Assembly (NCBI GenBank): GCA_005878375.1
Contig: VBMQ01000001.1
Span: 1 to 34,043, forward strand
DNA: 34,043 bases
Direction of reading: 5' to 3'
Origin: Methanobacteriota archaeon
GTDB taxonomy: Archaea; Thermoplasmatota; Thermoplasmata; RBG-16-68-12; EA-27
Each line of letters starts with the position of its first letter. Within the stretch, counting starts at the first letter, position 1. The notes beneath the pieces are model-generated. The model saw only the letters and a list, made by a program, of their open reading frames with translations, was not told where the DNA came from and ran no database searches. Position numbers and translations under genes: made by a program. Positions 1 through 9,046 of this stretch are shown here, piece after piece.

Positions 1-839
1 GGTCCGTCCACCCGTACAAGAAATGGCAAGGTGCATTTTGGCGGCTCATCTCCCTCCTGGAGCTCGGGGCGGACGGAGGCTCGCGAACGGACGAGATGTT
101 GGACCGGGTTCTCGATTGGCTCACGTCGGATGGCCGACGGGCCCGGGCGCGGCGCGTGGCGATCAACGGCCGCGTTCGGTGGTGCGCGACGCAGGAGGGG
201 CTCGGGCTGTGGGCGGCCGCGCGTCTCGGGCGCGCGACGGATCCCCGCGCGGCGTACATCGCCGAACGGTTGGTCGCGTGGCAATGGCCCGATGGCGGTT
301 GGAACTGCGATGTCCGCCCGGAGGCGGACCATTCCTCGTTCAACGAGACGCACGGGCCGATCCGGGGGTTGGCGGCATACGATGCGGAGGTCGGCGCGCC
401 GGCCGCCCGTCATGCGGCGGAACGGGCCGCGGACTTCTTCCTCGCCCACCATCTCTATCGCTCTCATCGGGACGGGCGGATCGTTCATCCCGAGATTGTT
501 CAGCTCCACTGGCCGCCGTACTGGCACTACGATGTCCTCCTCGGCCTCCGGACCGTCGCGGCCGTCCGGGACCTTCGGAGCGCCGCGGCCGCCGACGCGA
601 TCGAGCGCGTGCGACACGCGCAGACCGCAGACGGGACGTGGAGACCGACCGGCCATCGCTACTGGCGACCGCCGGGGCGCCGGGGCAGCAACGTCGAGGT
701 CGTCGACATGTCGGGCGCGGCCGCTCGCGTGATCACGGAGCAGGCCCGAGCCATCCTGCGCGCGGCCGGTGCACCTAGGAGCGCTTCTTTGGCGCCAACG
801 CCGACGCGAACGCGACGCCCCGCCCGACCCAGGTCTTGA
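1..839 (+). CDS. prenyltransferase/squalene-oxidase-repeat (terpenoid-cyclase-like) protein; 5' end lies outside the window
   Basis: Frame 3 is open from base 3 (..KWQGAFWRLISLLELG.. precedes the first Met at 96). There are two QxxDGxW repeats (QWPDGGWN, QTADGTWR). The last ~25 aa are low-complexity and overlap the convergent TfoX-like gene by 65 nt. Confidence 0.55.
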   Translation, partial: SVHPYKKWQGAFWRLISLLELGADGGSRTDEMLDRVLDWLTSDGRRARARRVAINGRVRWCATQEGLGLWAAARLGRATDPRAAYIAERLVAWQWPDGGWNCDVRPEADHSSFNETHGPIRGLAAYDAEVGAPAARHAAERAADFFLAHHLYRSHRDGRIVHPEIVQLHWPPYWHYDVLLGLRTVAAVRDLRSAAAADAIERVRHAQTADGTWRPTGHRYWRPPGRRGSNVEVVDMSGAAARVITEQARAILRAAGAPRSASLAPTPTRTRRPARPRS

Positions 840-1116
840 GCGCGGCCTCGCCCTTGTATCCGGACGGACCCACGAGTAGCCATCCGGGGCTCCCGCCCCG
901 ACCTGCCAGCGTGAACGGTCGCGCGCCGGGCTCGCGGAGCAACTGATCCGTTTCCTTCGGCTCGACGCGCACGATCAGGTCCTCGTCCCGCACGCCGACG
1001 CACATGTTCCCGTTGAGGAGGAAGGCGATGCCGCCAAACATCTCCTTCTCCGTGAGCCCGGGTCGCTTCCCGAGGCGCTTCCGGACCCGCGCGGCCTGCT
1101 CCGCCGAATACGTCAT
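775..1116 (-). CDS. TfoX N-terminal domain family protein
   Basis: 113-aa ORF. EKEMFGGIAFLLNGNMCVGV..DLIVRV matches the TfoX_N pattern (MFGG..f..nG.m). Confidence 0.65.
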   Translation of the reverse strand: MTYSAEQAARVRKRLGKRPGLTEKEMFGGIAFLLNGNMCVGVRDEDLIVRVEPKETDQLLREPGARPFTLAGRGGSPGWLLVGPSGYKGEAALKTWVGRGVAFASALAPKKRS

Positions 1117-1162
1117 CAGGACCGGAAGGGTGGCATCCGCAAGAACGTTTGGCGCGCCGTCG

Positions 1163-1939
1163 TTAGGGGACGCCGAGGTCCGCCGAGATCTCGTGGAACC
1201 ATTTCAGGGCCTCCGGATACTTTTCGAGGAGGTCCTGCCCATCCTTCACGAAAACGAGGCGCTGGTACCGCGCGACAACGTCCGGCGGGAGTTCGTAGTG
1301 CACGTACCGTGAGCGGAACGTGTGGTGGAGCGGCCCGTACTTCATCCGGAGGAGTTCGAGCAGCGGACCCGCCACGTACGCGCGATAGTTGTCCATCGCC
1401 TCGATCCAGTTCCGCCGGTTCGCCTCCTTCTCGACGAAGACGTGGAACATCTCGGTCACACCGCGGAGCCGCACGAGCCGCTCCTTCATCTTTCGATCGA
1501 ATTCCGCGCGGTTGAGCGGCGTGGCGTTTGTGACTCCGGTCTTGTCGAAGTACACGACATTCTCTCCGTGGAGTTCCGGTTCGAGGAACTTCTCCGTCGC
1601 GGTGCTCGGGATGACCGCCAAATCGACTTGGAGGAACGGCCCCGCGTCCTTCAGCCGATAGAACTTCTGCTGCATCCCGCCCTCGCCGGGATTGGCGGGA
1701 CCGTGGGCGACGAACGCGTGGTCGATCGGCGAGAGCCGAGGCAGCTCGTCTTCGACCGCGCGGAACGTCTCCTCGAACTTGCCCGGTTCGATGAAGACGT
1801 TGAGGTCGATGTCGGACCACGCGTCGATGCGGTGCCAGGCGGCGGCCCCGCCCTCCACGAGGGCCTCGACGTACGGCAGCGGCTCTAGCGCGGTCCTTAG
1901 CGCATGCACGATGGTGTCGCGGTCGAGAGTCCCCGCCAT
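1163..1939 (-). CDS. Pol-beta-superfamily nucleotidyltransferase with C-terminal helical domain
   Basis: The ATG at 1939 (MAGTLDR) lies 27 nt from the A/T box CCATAAGTCAATT. The NTase signature is GGAAAWHRIDAWSDIDLNVF (G-x-D-x-D). The upstream 161 codons of the listed ORF are Arg/Pro-rich antisense of the GST-like gene and are not counted. Confidence 0.6.
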   Translation of the reverse strand: MAGTLDRDTIVHALRTALEPLPYVEALVEGGAAAWHRIDAWSDIDLNVFIEPGKFEETFRAVEDELPRLSPIDHAFVAHGPANPGEGGMQQKFYRLKDAGPFLQVDLAVIPSTATEKFLEPELHGENVVYFDKTGVTNATPLNRAEFDRKMKERLVRLRGVTEMFHVFVEKEANRRNWIEAMDNYRAYVAGPLLELLRMKYGPLHHTFRSRYVHYELPPDVVARYQRLVFVKDGQDLLEKYPEALKWFHEISADLGVP

Positions 1940-2014
1940 CGGCGCGGGAAGCCTGTCTCGTCCATAAGTCAATTGGCGGGAGAATCGTTTTAGCGCGTCC
2001 CGCGTTGCCGACGC

Positions 2015-2647
2015 ATGGCCCGACCCGTCCTCTATTCGATGGGGATCTCCCACTGGTGCATCGCCGCGGACCGGATGCTCGCGTTCAAGGACGTCGCGTT
2101 CGACACGAAGCCGGTGCCGTACCACGACAAGACCGAACTGATCGCCGCCACCGGGCAGGACTACGTGCCCACGCTCATGTGGGACGGGAAGCCTGTGATG
2201 TGGTACGACATCCCCGACTTCCTCGAAGCGAAGGCCCCGAAGCCGTCGTTGTACCCATGGGGGAACAAGGGGTTGGCGGTGGAGCTCGAGCAATGGGCCC
2301 ACGCCGTCGTGGAGGAGAAGGTGTGGCGGTACGTCGTGACGAAGGTCCCTCCCGTCCTCTCCGACGACCGCGAGCGGTGGGTGTTCGAGGAGATGCAGAC
2401 GCGCGCACGCGGGCCGTGGCACGTCCTCGAGGCGCGTCGCCAGGAGTTCCGTCAGGACATGATGAAGGAGTTCGGGCGGATGGACGCGATGTTCGAGGGA
2501 CGCGATTGGATCCTCGGCGAGCCGAGCTTGGCGGACTTCGGCGCGTATGGCTCGGTGTCGCCGCTCTTCACGATCGGCGAGCGGATCCCGAACGAGTTCC
2601 CGAAATTGGCGGCGTGGGCGCAGCGGATTCAGAAGATCGGGACGTGA
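2015..2647 (+). CDS. glutathione S-transferase-like protein
   Basis: 210 aa. Thioredoxin-like N-terminal half (..YVPTLMWDGKPVMWYDIPDFL..) plus a helical C-terminal half ending FPKLAAWAQRI. The TTTTAG box lies ~25 nt upstream of the ATG. Confidence 0.55.
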   Translation: MARPVLYSMGISHWCIAADRMLAFKDVAFDTKPVPYHDKTELIAATGQDYVPTLMWDGKPVMWYDIPDFLEAKAPKPSLYPWGNKGLAVELEQWAHAVVEEKVWRYVVTKVPPVLSDDRERWVFEEMQTRARGPWHVLEARRQEFRQDMMKEFGRMDAMFEGRDWILGEPSLADFGAYGSVSPLFTIGERIPNEFPKLAAWAQRIQKIGT

Positions 2648-3074
2648 TCGACGCCTCGAGCGCTCGGTTCACGGCCTCCAGGTCGGCCTGAAAGAGGCGA
2701 GCGAGCCCGGGTCGCAGGACCGCGGCCATCCAGGTCCACGGCCACCGCAACTCGAGCTCAAGGTCCATCGTCACGCGGGTGCCGCCTTCTACCGGCTCCA
2801 GGCGCACGCGGTCTTTGGCGGTGCCGCCGCGAAGGCGCGAGGTGACCTCCCATCCGTTTGGCGGCTTCGGCCGCAAGACCGCCTGCGTGCGCATCGGGAT
2901 CCCGAAGATCGACCATCGGTCGTCGGTCTCGATCTCCTCGGCGTTGCGCCGCACGATTTGGCGGCGTCGCAGGGGCGGCATCACCGCGCCGGCGTCGTCC
3001 TCGCGGAGGTCCGTCCACCAGGCCAACGTCTCCTGCGGAGATGCACGGACGACGCCCGAGGCGTGGAACCGCAT
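2568..3074 (-). CDS. SRPBCC (START/polyketide-cyclase-like) domain protein
   Basis: ATG at 3074 (MRFHASGVVRASPQETLAWW). The length and beta-rich pattern are typical of SRPBCC proteins. The 38-aa Ser/Pro tail overlaps the GST-like gene by 80 nt. Confidence 0.45.
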   Translation of the reverse strand: MRFHASGVVRASPQETLAWWTDLREDDAGAVMPPLRRRQIVRRNAEEIETDDRWSIFGIPMRTQAVLRPKPPNGWEVTSRLRGGTAKDRVRLEPVEGGTRVTMDLELELRWPWTWMAAVLRPGLARLFQADLEAVNRALEASITSRSSESAAPTPPISGTRSGSARRS

Positions 3075-3114
3075 CGCCCATCGGATGCACGCCGCCCCTT
3101 GAGCCTTTCGCGGA

Positions 3115-3528
3115 TCAGGCGAACGCGCCGAGGAGCGCCCCATAGGCGAGGTGGCTCACGAGGCTGATCGGCACCCCCGCGCCGCGGGCCGGGTCCCCGG
3201 TAACGGGCTCGTGGATGATGAGCGTGATGACCCACATCAGCGAGCCGAACGCGGCCCCGAGGACGGCGGTCGGCGTTGCGGCGAGCAGGGCGAGACCGAG
3301 AGCGAAGACGATCCCCGCCACGCCGCCCGCGAGGAGGTTGAGAACCAGGGCGGCCCGAAAGGACTTGTGGCCGAGCAACCGCACCGTGCCCGCCTCCGCC
3401 TCCGTCCACTCGAAGACCGCGCGGTGGCCCCACCGCGTCCACGCGAGCGCCTGAATCCCCATCATCGCCGCGGCCGCCGCCAACCCCGCGCCGAACCCGC
3501 GGATCACGGCGGCGGGGTCCAAGCTCAC
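3115..3528 (-). CDS. small multi-pass membrane protein
   Basis: The GTG at 3528 overlaps the upstream TGA (GTGA at 3525-3528), a translational-coupling arrangement. There are 3-4 hydrophobic helices. Confidence 0.45.
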   Translation of the reverse strand: MSLDPAAVIRGFGAGLAAAAAMMGIQALAWTRWGHRAVFEWTEAEAGTVRLLGHKSFRAALVLNLLAGGVAGIVFALGLALLAATPTAVLGAAFGSLMWVITLIIHEPVTGDPARGAGVPISLVSHLAYGALLGAFA

Positions 3529-4400
3529 GGCACCTCTTCGACCTGCGCATCGAACGGTTCCGTGAATCCCGACTCGCCCGCCTCGACGACGTTCTTCAGC
3601 GCGACGAGCCGGTCGGACCACCGACATCGCAACGGGAGAAGGGGCGGGTCCTCCTCTGGCGGGAAGCCCTCATGCGCGAAATGGAGGGCGCACCGGTCGC
3701 CGCTCTTCTCCTCGAAGGCAAAGGAGACGGTCGTCATCTCGTCCGCGTGCGGCCACGCGACCGCCAATCGCGCGGGCGGTTCGAAGGCGGTGATCTTGGC
3801 GGGCTTGGCGAATCCCCAACCGACGTCGAAGACCCCGCCGACTCGCGCGTCGATCGCGGGCTCTCGCCCCGGCTCCGGCTCCACCCACTTCCGCACCTCG
3901 GCGGGGGTCGTCACCGCGGCGAACGCCTTTTGGCGGGGGACGTCGAGCACGGTGTCGAGCTTGATCGCGAGCGCTCGCGGGGGAGAATGGTCCGGGCGGA
4001 ACGAGTCGCCTCTCCCCTCCGCGACCGCCTTCAGGTTCCCGAGGCACATCCGCCACGCATCTTGGAGCAAGCCGCATGTGCTCCGCAACGTCGTGAGGCC
4101 GGCGTGGGTTGCCCGAAGGATGGAGCCCTCCGCTGTGTCCTCGACCTCCCACGTCACGCTCGTCTCCGCTCCGAAGAGGGGCCACGCGAACGTCACGGAC
4201 TTGCGGACGACGCCCCCCGTGAACTTGCACGTCCACGCGTGTCCCTCGGGTTGCGCGATTGCATAGTCCCCGCCAAATACGAACTTCCCGCCCGGTTTCG
4301 GCTCGACCTGTGCGAAGTTGCACCACCACTGGGCGAGGTGATGGGGCGTGAGGAGCCGTTCGAACACCGCCTCCCGCGGTGCGCGGATCCGGAGCCCCAT
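3525..4400 (-). CDS. tandem SRPBCC / AHSA1-like (activator of Hsp90 ATPase homologue) domain protein
   Basis: ATG at 4400 (MGLRIRAPREAVFERLLTPHHLAQWW). A second copy of the same pattern follows (LDVPRQKAFAAVTTPAEVRKWV). Confidence 0.6.
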   Translation of the reverse strand: MGLRIRAPREAVFERLLTPHHLAQWWCNFAQVEPKPGGKFVFGGDYAIAQPEGHAWTCKFTGGVVRKSVTFAWPLFGAETSVTWEVEDTAEGSILRATHAGLTTLRSTCGLLQDAWRMCLGNLKAVAEGRGDSFRPDHSPPRALAIKLDTVLDVPRQKAFAAVTTPAEVRKWVEPEPGREPAIDARVGGVFDVGWGFAKPAKITAFEPPARLAVAWPHADEMTTVSFAFEEKSGDRCALHFAHEGFPPEEDPPLLPLRCRWSDRLVALKNVVEAGESGFTEPFDAQVEEVP

Positions 4401-4422
4401 CCGTAACGTGTACGGCCTGGTC

Positions 4423-5190
4423 TCACCCGCCCGCCGCGCCGACGAGGTACGCGATGCCGAAGCCGGCAATCGCGGACGCGATGCCGATGATGAGCATCTG
4501 CGCCCCGCTCCGGCCCGGGTGGCCGATCGTCGCCTTCGCCTTGTACCACCCGATGATGAACAGCGTGACGGCGCTCACGATCATCGACGCGAGGATTCCG
4601 CCGGACATCGTCCAGCCCGTGAGCGGGAGGAGGACGAACGGCGCGAGCGGCACGAGGGAGCCGACGATCGCGGCCATCCCGACAAGGACCGCGCTTCGCC
4701 GCGCCTGCGTCTTGTCGACCGGGGCGAGGTTCAACTCGTGCGCCATCATGAACTCGAGCCACGCGGTCGGGTTCGCGACGATCTTGTTCGTGAGCTCCTC
4801 GAGGTTCGCCCCGCGGAACCCCCATTTCTCAAACACTTTGCGGACCTCGTCCCGCTCCAGGTCGGGCAGTTCGACCATCTCCCGCTTCTCCCTCTCCATC
4901 TCGCTCAGGTAGTGGTCCCGCCGCGCGAGCGTGCTCGTGTACGCGACCGCGCCCATCGAGATCGACTCCGCGAACGTCGCCGCCAAACCTCCGGCGAGGA
5001 CGATCCGGAGGGCGTTCGTCCCGGGCTGGGCCGCCGCGGCGACCGCGACGCCGAGGATCACCCCGAGGACGTTCACGAGGCCGTCCTGGCTGCCGAGGAT
5101 GAAGTCGGACAGGAGGCCGGGCTTCGGGTGCTGCTCGATGCTCTGCGCGTCTGCCTCCTCCCGCCGCCAGAACGCAAGCCGAAGCGCCAT
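4423..5190 (-). CDS. VIT1/CCC1-family iron/manganese transporter
   Basis: 255 aa. FILGSQDGLVNVLGVILGV, a cytoplasmic E-rich helix bundle (EMEREKREMVELPDLERDEV) and C-terminal TM helices match the VIT family layout. Confidence 0.8.
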   Translation of the reverse strand: MALRLAFWRREEADAQSIEQHPKPGLLSDFILGSQDGLVNVLGVILGVAVAAAAQPGTNALRIVLAGGLAATFAESISMGAVAYTSTLARRDHYLSEMEREKREMVELPDLERDEVRKVFEKWGFRGANLEELTNKIVANPTAWLEFMMAHELNLAPVDKTQARRSAVLVGMAAIVGSLVPLAPFVLLPLTGWTMSGGILASMIVSAVTLFIIGWYKAKATIGHPGRSGAQMLIIGIASAIAGFGIAYLVGAAGG

Positions 5191-5245
5191 CGTCGACTGC
5201 GAGACCTCGGGCGGGGATTTGACGGTTGCGGCCCGGCGGCCTCCC

Positions 5246-5650
5246 TCACCGAGAGGACTCTTCGAGCCCGATCACGTTCCCCTCGGGGTCGACGAAGCTC
5301 GAGATCCGGCCGAACGGCTCCTCCCGGACCCGTTCGCAGGTGACGCCTCGCGCGCGCAACATCCGGATCGTCGCGTCGAGATCGCGGACGACGAACTCGA
5401 GGAACCAGTGCGGTTTGGAACGCCCGACCGCCTTCCGGCCGGAGTGGAGCGCGATCGGGACCCCGCCGGTCCGCAGCTCCACGAACCGTTCGTTCTCGTA
5501 CGCGATGGGCAGGCCCAGCGTCTCGTGGTAGAACGCCCGCATCTTCCGGAGGTTCTTGACCCAGACGAAGACCTCGCTGAACTTCGCGCTTGCGAGCAGC
5601 CCCTCCGGCGGCGCCATCGCTCCGGGTCCTCCATAGGCCGCGTCCCGCAT
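5246..5650 (-). CDS. glyoxalase/bleomycin-resistance (VOC) family protein
   Basis: 134 aa with a beta-alpha-beta-beta-beta VOC pattern (..FYHETLGLPIAYENERFVELR..FVDPEGNVIGLEE). The ATG at 5650 lies 23 nt from the shared ATATCC box. An alternative ATG is at 5617. Confidence 0.7.
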   Translation of the reverse strand: MRDAAYGGPGAMAPPEGLLASAKFSEVFVWVKNLRKMRAFYHETLGLPIAYENERFVELRTGGVPIALHSGRKAVGRSKPHWFLEFVVRDLDATIRMLRARGVTCERVREEPFGRISSFVDPEGNVIGLEESSR

Positions 5651-5704
5651 AAGGGGAACGCGGAAGGCTCATATCCGGGCGGGCCTTCCGCGGCGGGGGA
5701 GTCC

Positions 5705-6337
5705 ATGGAGATCGCGAAGGGCGTGCACCTCATCGAGACGTTCGCGAACTGCGCCATCTTCTCGGACGGCCGGCTCGTGCTCGTGGACACGAGCGTGGAC
5801 GACGGGGCAAAGGACATCTTCTCATGGCTCCGGAAGAACGGCCACGCGCCCGGCGACATCTCATCCGTGATCGTCACGCACACGCATCCCGACCACGTCC
5901 TCGGATTGGCGGCCGTGAAAGCGCGCGCGCCGGGAGCCAAGGTCGCGGCCGGGAAGGACGACGCGGACTACGTCGCGCGCACGAAGGTCTACCCCGGCCC
6001 GCCCGGGCCGCAGAAGCACGACGCGGTCCCCGTCGACGTGCGTCTCGAGGACGGGCAGACGTACGAGGGCTTCCTCGTGATTCACACGCCCGGGCACACG
6101 CCGGGCCACACGTCGCTCCTGGACAAGGAACGAAAGATCCTCGTGGCGGGGGACGCATTGAACACGGAGAAGGGGCTCGGGCCGATGCCGGACCAGTATA
6201 ACATCGACCCGAAGCAGCACCGCCAATCGATCAAGAAGCTCGCGAACTTCGAGTTCGAGACCGTGATCGTGGGCCATGGGAAACCGATCCTTAAGGGCGG
6301 CGGGGCCCAGGTGAAGGCGGTCGCGGCGAAGCTGTAG
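5705..6337 (+). CDS. MBL-fold metallo-hydrolase
   Basis: ATG at 5705. HxHxDH motif (THTHPDH), later HTPGHTPGH and GHG. Confidence 0.85.
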   Translation: MEIAKGVHLIETFANCAIFSDGRLVLVDTSVDDGAKDIFSWLRKNGHAPGDISSVIVTHTHPDHVLGLAAVKARAPGAKVAAGKDDADYVARTKVYPGPPGPQKHDAVPVDVRLEDGQTYEGFLVIHTPGHTPGHTSLLDKERKILVAGDALNTEKGLGPMPDQYNIDPKQHRQSIKKLANFEFETVIVGHGKPILKGGGAQVKAVAAKL

Positions 6338-6339
6338 GC

Positions 6340-6957
6340 TTACGGGCCCGAGTACGCGAACTCGCTGAACTCCGCATATTTCCCGGAATTGTCGTACGAC
6401 AGGCCGGGCGTGTTGACGCGCATCCGGATTGACATCCCGAGCTCCGACCGTTTGGCGGTGAACCCCGTGGGCTTGTCGAGGTACACTTCCTCCTCATCTC
6501 CTGAGACGGGGTTCTTGATTCGCGAGATCGTGAGCTCGAAGAGCTTCCCGCCACCGACCTTGAGGGACGATCGGATGCCTTTGAGCGAGACCTGGAACGG
6601 CGCATAGATCGTCGGGAGCCGGGTCTCTGTGACCTTCGCGAAGATGTCGAACGGGAGGCCGACGCCGTCCCCGTTCCGGAGGGTCGCGATTGCCTCACGC
6701 TGCGCGGGGCTCGCCCGTTCGTCGACCAACGTGACCCACGTGCCGTGCCCCAAATGGATCGCCCCGGGATGGAAGCCCGCGCCCACGAACGCGACGCCAT
6801 CGAGCTTCACATCGCCATAGTGTCCCTTCTTCACGATCCACGCGTACGCACCTTGACAGGCGCCGTTCGTCGGCGGCGCATCGAAGCTACAGGGACAACC
6901 CCAATCGCAATTGCATCCACCGAGAATCGAGCCCGCCAAGCTCCACTTCTTGACCAC
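6340..6957 (-). CDS. DUF1326-family protein
   Basis: GTG at 6957 is preceded by GGGAGG 7 nt upstream. The N-terminus is VVKKWSLAGSILGGCNCDWGCPCSF, the hallmark CNCxxxCPC motif. The upstream 304 codons of the listed ORF are antisense of the topoisomerase gene. Confidence 0.65.
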   Translation of the reverse strand: MVKKWSLAGSILGGCNCDWGCPCSFDAPPTNGACQGAYAWIVKKGHYGDVKLDGVAFVGAGFHPGAIHLGHGTWVTLVDERASPAQREAIATLRNGDGVGLPFDIFAKVTETRLPTIYAPFQVSLKGIRSSLKVGGGKLFELTISRIKNPVSGDEEEVYLDKPTGFTAKRSELGMSIRMRVNTPGLSYDNSGKYAEFSEFAYSGP

Positions 6958-7046
6958 TGGACGACCTCCCGACGGGGAACGCGCGGTCGCCGTTAAGCCG
7001 GTTCCGCATCTCACGCACTCAGACGCCGAGGATCCGGGCGAGGTCT

Positions 7047-9014
7047 TCATCCGAGCACGACGGCGTCGCGCACCAGACGTGGGCGATCCCACGATGGACT
7101 CGGGCGAGCTTGTGGGCTCCGCACTGTGCACACACTTCTTCCGTCGGCGCGACGAGGCCCGACGTGGGCAAGGGGTGGGAGTTCCGGCACGTCGCCGTTC
7201 CGTGCGCGTCGCAGGACCATCGTACCCGCGCACTTTTCGCAGGGGCCGACCTCGACCTCGTCCGCCATCGCAGTCCGGACCCATCGGGCGATGCCCGCCT
7301 CGTGTCCTCGCATCTCCGTGAGGACCGCCGCCAAAAGCGTTCGACTCTCTTTCAGGACATCGGCCGCCGATCGCTCTCCCGACGCAATCCGGTCCATCGC
7401 GCTCTCGAGGGTCGCCGTCATCTCCGCTCCCGCCACGGCGCCCCCATACGCCTCGAGGGCCTCGGCGACCGCGCGCCCAGCCGCCGTTACACGCATCCGG
7501 CGTCCTTCGGCGTACCCCCGGTCGTACACCTTCTGCACGATCTCGTGGCGGGTGGACTTCGTCCCGAGGCCCTTCGCCTCCATCGCTTCGATAAGCTCGC
7601 CCTGGGAGTACCGCGACGGCGGTTCCGTCTCCCGCCGTTCGTTCGTGATTTCGGCCGGTCGGAGTTGATCCCCCACTGCGAGCGTCGGTACGCTCGTGCG
7701 CCCGGGCGCCGCCCCGTAGTATTTTCGCCAACCCGGGTCGACGAGGTCCCGCCAGCGCGCGAAGAACGATTCGCCGCCGATGTCGAACTCCGCGACCGCG
7801 TCCCGTTCCTGCGCAAGCGGCGCGACCGTCGCGAAGAACCGTCGGACGACGAGCTCGTACACCCGCCACGCGTCTCCCTTGAGCGCCTCGTGTCTCGCTC
7901 CGGCCGTCGGATAGATTGGCGGATGGTCCGTGGCCTGGATTGGGCCGCGGGACGGATGGAAGGACTCGAGGGCGAGAAGCTCAGCGACCTCCGCCGCCAA
8001 ATCGGATTCCCGCAATCGCTCGAGCGCGGATCGCACGTTGAGGCTTGGCGGATACACGGTGTTGTCCGTCCGCGGGTACGAGATCAAGCCTCGGCGGTAC
8101 AGGTCCTCCGCGATCTGCATCGCGCGCGCCGCCGCGAGCCCGAGACGCGTCGCCTCCGCGAGGAACATCGTCGTGTTGAACGGCGGGGGCCGATGTCCCT
8201 CGACACTTCGCGCGGCAAATTCGGTCACGTACGCGGTCTCCGCGAGTTCCGCGCGACCCTGCGCCGCGTCCGCCTCGTCACGCCGCCAAAACCGGTCCGT
8301 CCCGTGCGTCGCGGTGATTGTCGTTTCCCCCTCCAATCTGGCGGTGACGACCCAGTAGGGGACAGGGACGAAGGCCTCGATCTCCCGCTCCCGCTCCACG
8401 AGCAACGCGAGCGTCGGCGTCTGCACCCGGCCGACGGAGAGGAAGTCGCGCCCGCGACGGCCGCATGCAAGGGAGAGGAACCGCGTAAGGACCGCGCCCC
8501 ACGCGAGGTCGATCTCCTCCCGGGCCCGCGCGGAGGCCGCGAGCGCCTCATCGACCGGGGCGGGATGTGAGAACGCGTCCTCGATGTCCGCTCGGGCGAG
8601 CGCGCTGAACCGTGCGCGTTTGGCGGTGATGCCCGACCGCACTTGTCCCAGGAGGCGGAGGGCCTCTACCCCGATGAGCTCGCCCTCGCGGTCGAAGTCC
8701 GTGCACACCCACGCCTCGTCCGTGTCCGCCGCCAACGCGCGGAGTGCGTCGCCGATCAACGGCTCGCTCACTTTTTCGAGGGGTTCGGCGCCAACCAACG
8801 CATCGAGGTTCGCAAGTTCCCACCCCCGGAACGCCTCCGGATAGTCGAGCTCGACAATGTGGCCCCGGAGTCCGATGACCGAGTGATCGATCCCATCGCG
8901 GGAGAATTCGAAGACCGTGACGCCGATCCGGCGACGCTTGAACGTCCCTCCGGACAGCACGACGGCCAAGCGGAGGGCTGCGGAACCCTTCTCCGCTATG
9001 ACAAGGCGTCGCAC
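7047..9014 (-). CDS. type IA DNA topoisomerase, short paralogue; C-terminal zinc-ribbon region is out of frame
   Basis: GTG start. TOPRIM motifs ([17 protein letters not shown]) and the catalytic-Tyr motif ([13 protein letters not shown]) are present. After CEKC (7241-7230) the homologous continuation WSCDAHGTATCRNSHPLP..CAQCG..CATPSC.. is readable only in another frame (7219 down to the TGA at 7019-7021). Confidence 0.85.
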   Translation of the reverse strand: MRRLVIAEKGSAALRLAVVLSGGTFKRRRIGVTVFEFSRDGIDHSVIGLRGHIVELDYPEAFRGWELANLDALVGAEPLEKVSEPLIGDALRALAADTDEAWVCTDFDREGELIGVEALRLLGQVRSGITAKRARFSALARADIEDAFSHPAPVDEALAASARAREEIDLAWGAVLTRFLSLACGRRGRDFLSVGRVQTPTLALLVEREREIEAFVPVPYWVVTARLEGETTITATHGTDRFWRRDEADAAQGRAELAETAYVTEFAARSVEGHRPPPFNTTMFLAEATRLGLAAARAMQIAEDLYRRGLISYPRTDNTVYPPSLNVRSALERLRESDLAAEVAELLALESFHPSRGPIQATDHPPIYPTAGARHEALKGDAWRVYELVVRRFFATVAPLAQERDAVAEFDIGGESFFARWRDLVDPGWRKYYGAAPGRTSVPTLAVGDQLRPAEITNERRETEPPSRYSQGELIEAMEAKGLGTKSTRHEIVQKVYDRGYAEGRRMRVTAAGRAVAEALEAYGGAVAGAEMTATLESAMDRIASGERSAADVLKESRTLLAAVLTEMRGHEAGIARWVRTAMADEVEVGPCEKCAGTMVLRRARNGDVPELPPLAHVGPRRADGRSVCTVRSPQARPSPSWDRPRLVRDAVVLG

Positions 9015-9046
9015 GGATACATATGCGGATTGGCACCTTAAAGCCG

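Noticed and set aside
23-778. Many long Arg/Pro/Gly-rich ORFs in the six-frame track. Examples: 23-778, 3151-4266, 13371-15143, 20540-21340, 24616-25644, and the N-terminal extensions of 1163-2422, 6340-7869, 9047-10105, 21952-23082 and 25571-27484.
   Set aside because: They lie antisense to or out of frame with genes that have clear family motifs. They have random-looking, R/P/G-dominated composition typical of stop-poor frames in high-GC DNA, and none shows a recognisable motif.
775-839. Convergent 3' overlaps of 65 nt (775-839) and 80 nt (2568-2647), considered as evidence for further frameshifts.
   Set aside because: The overlapping tails are low-complexity. Unlike topo/sucC, no homologous continuation is visible in another frame, so the sequence alone cannot distinguish a real overlap from an artefact.
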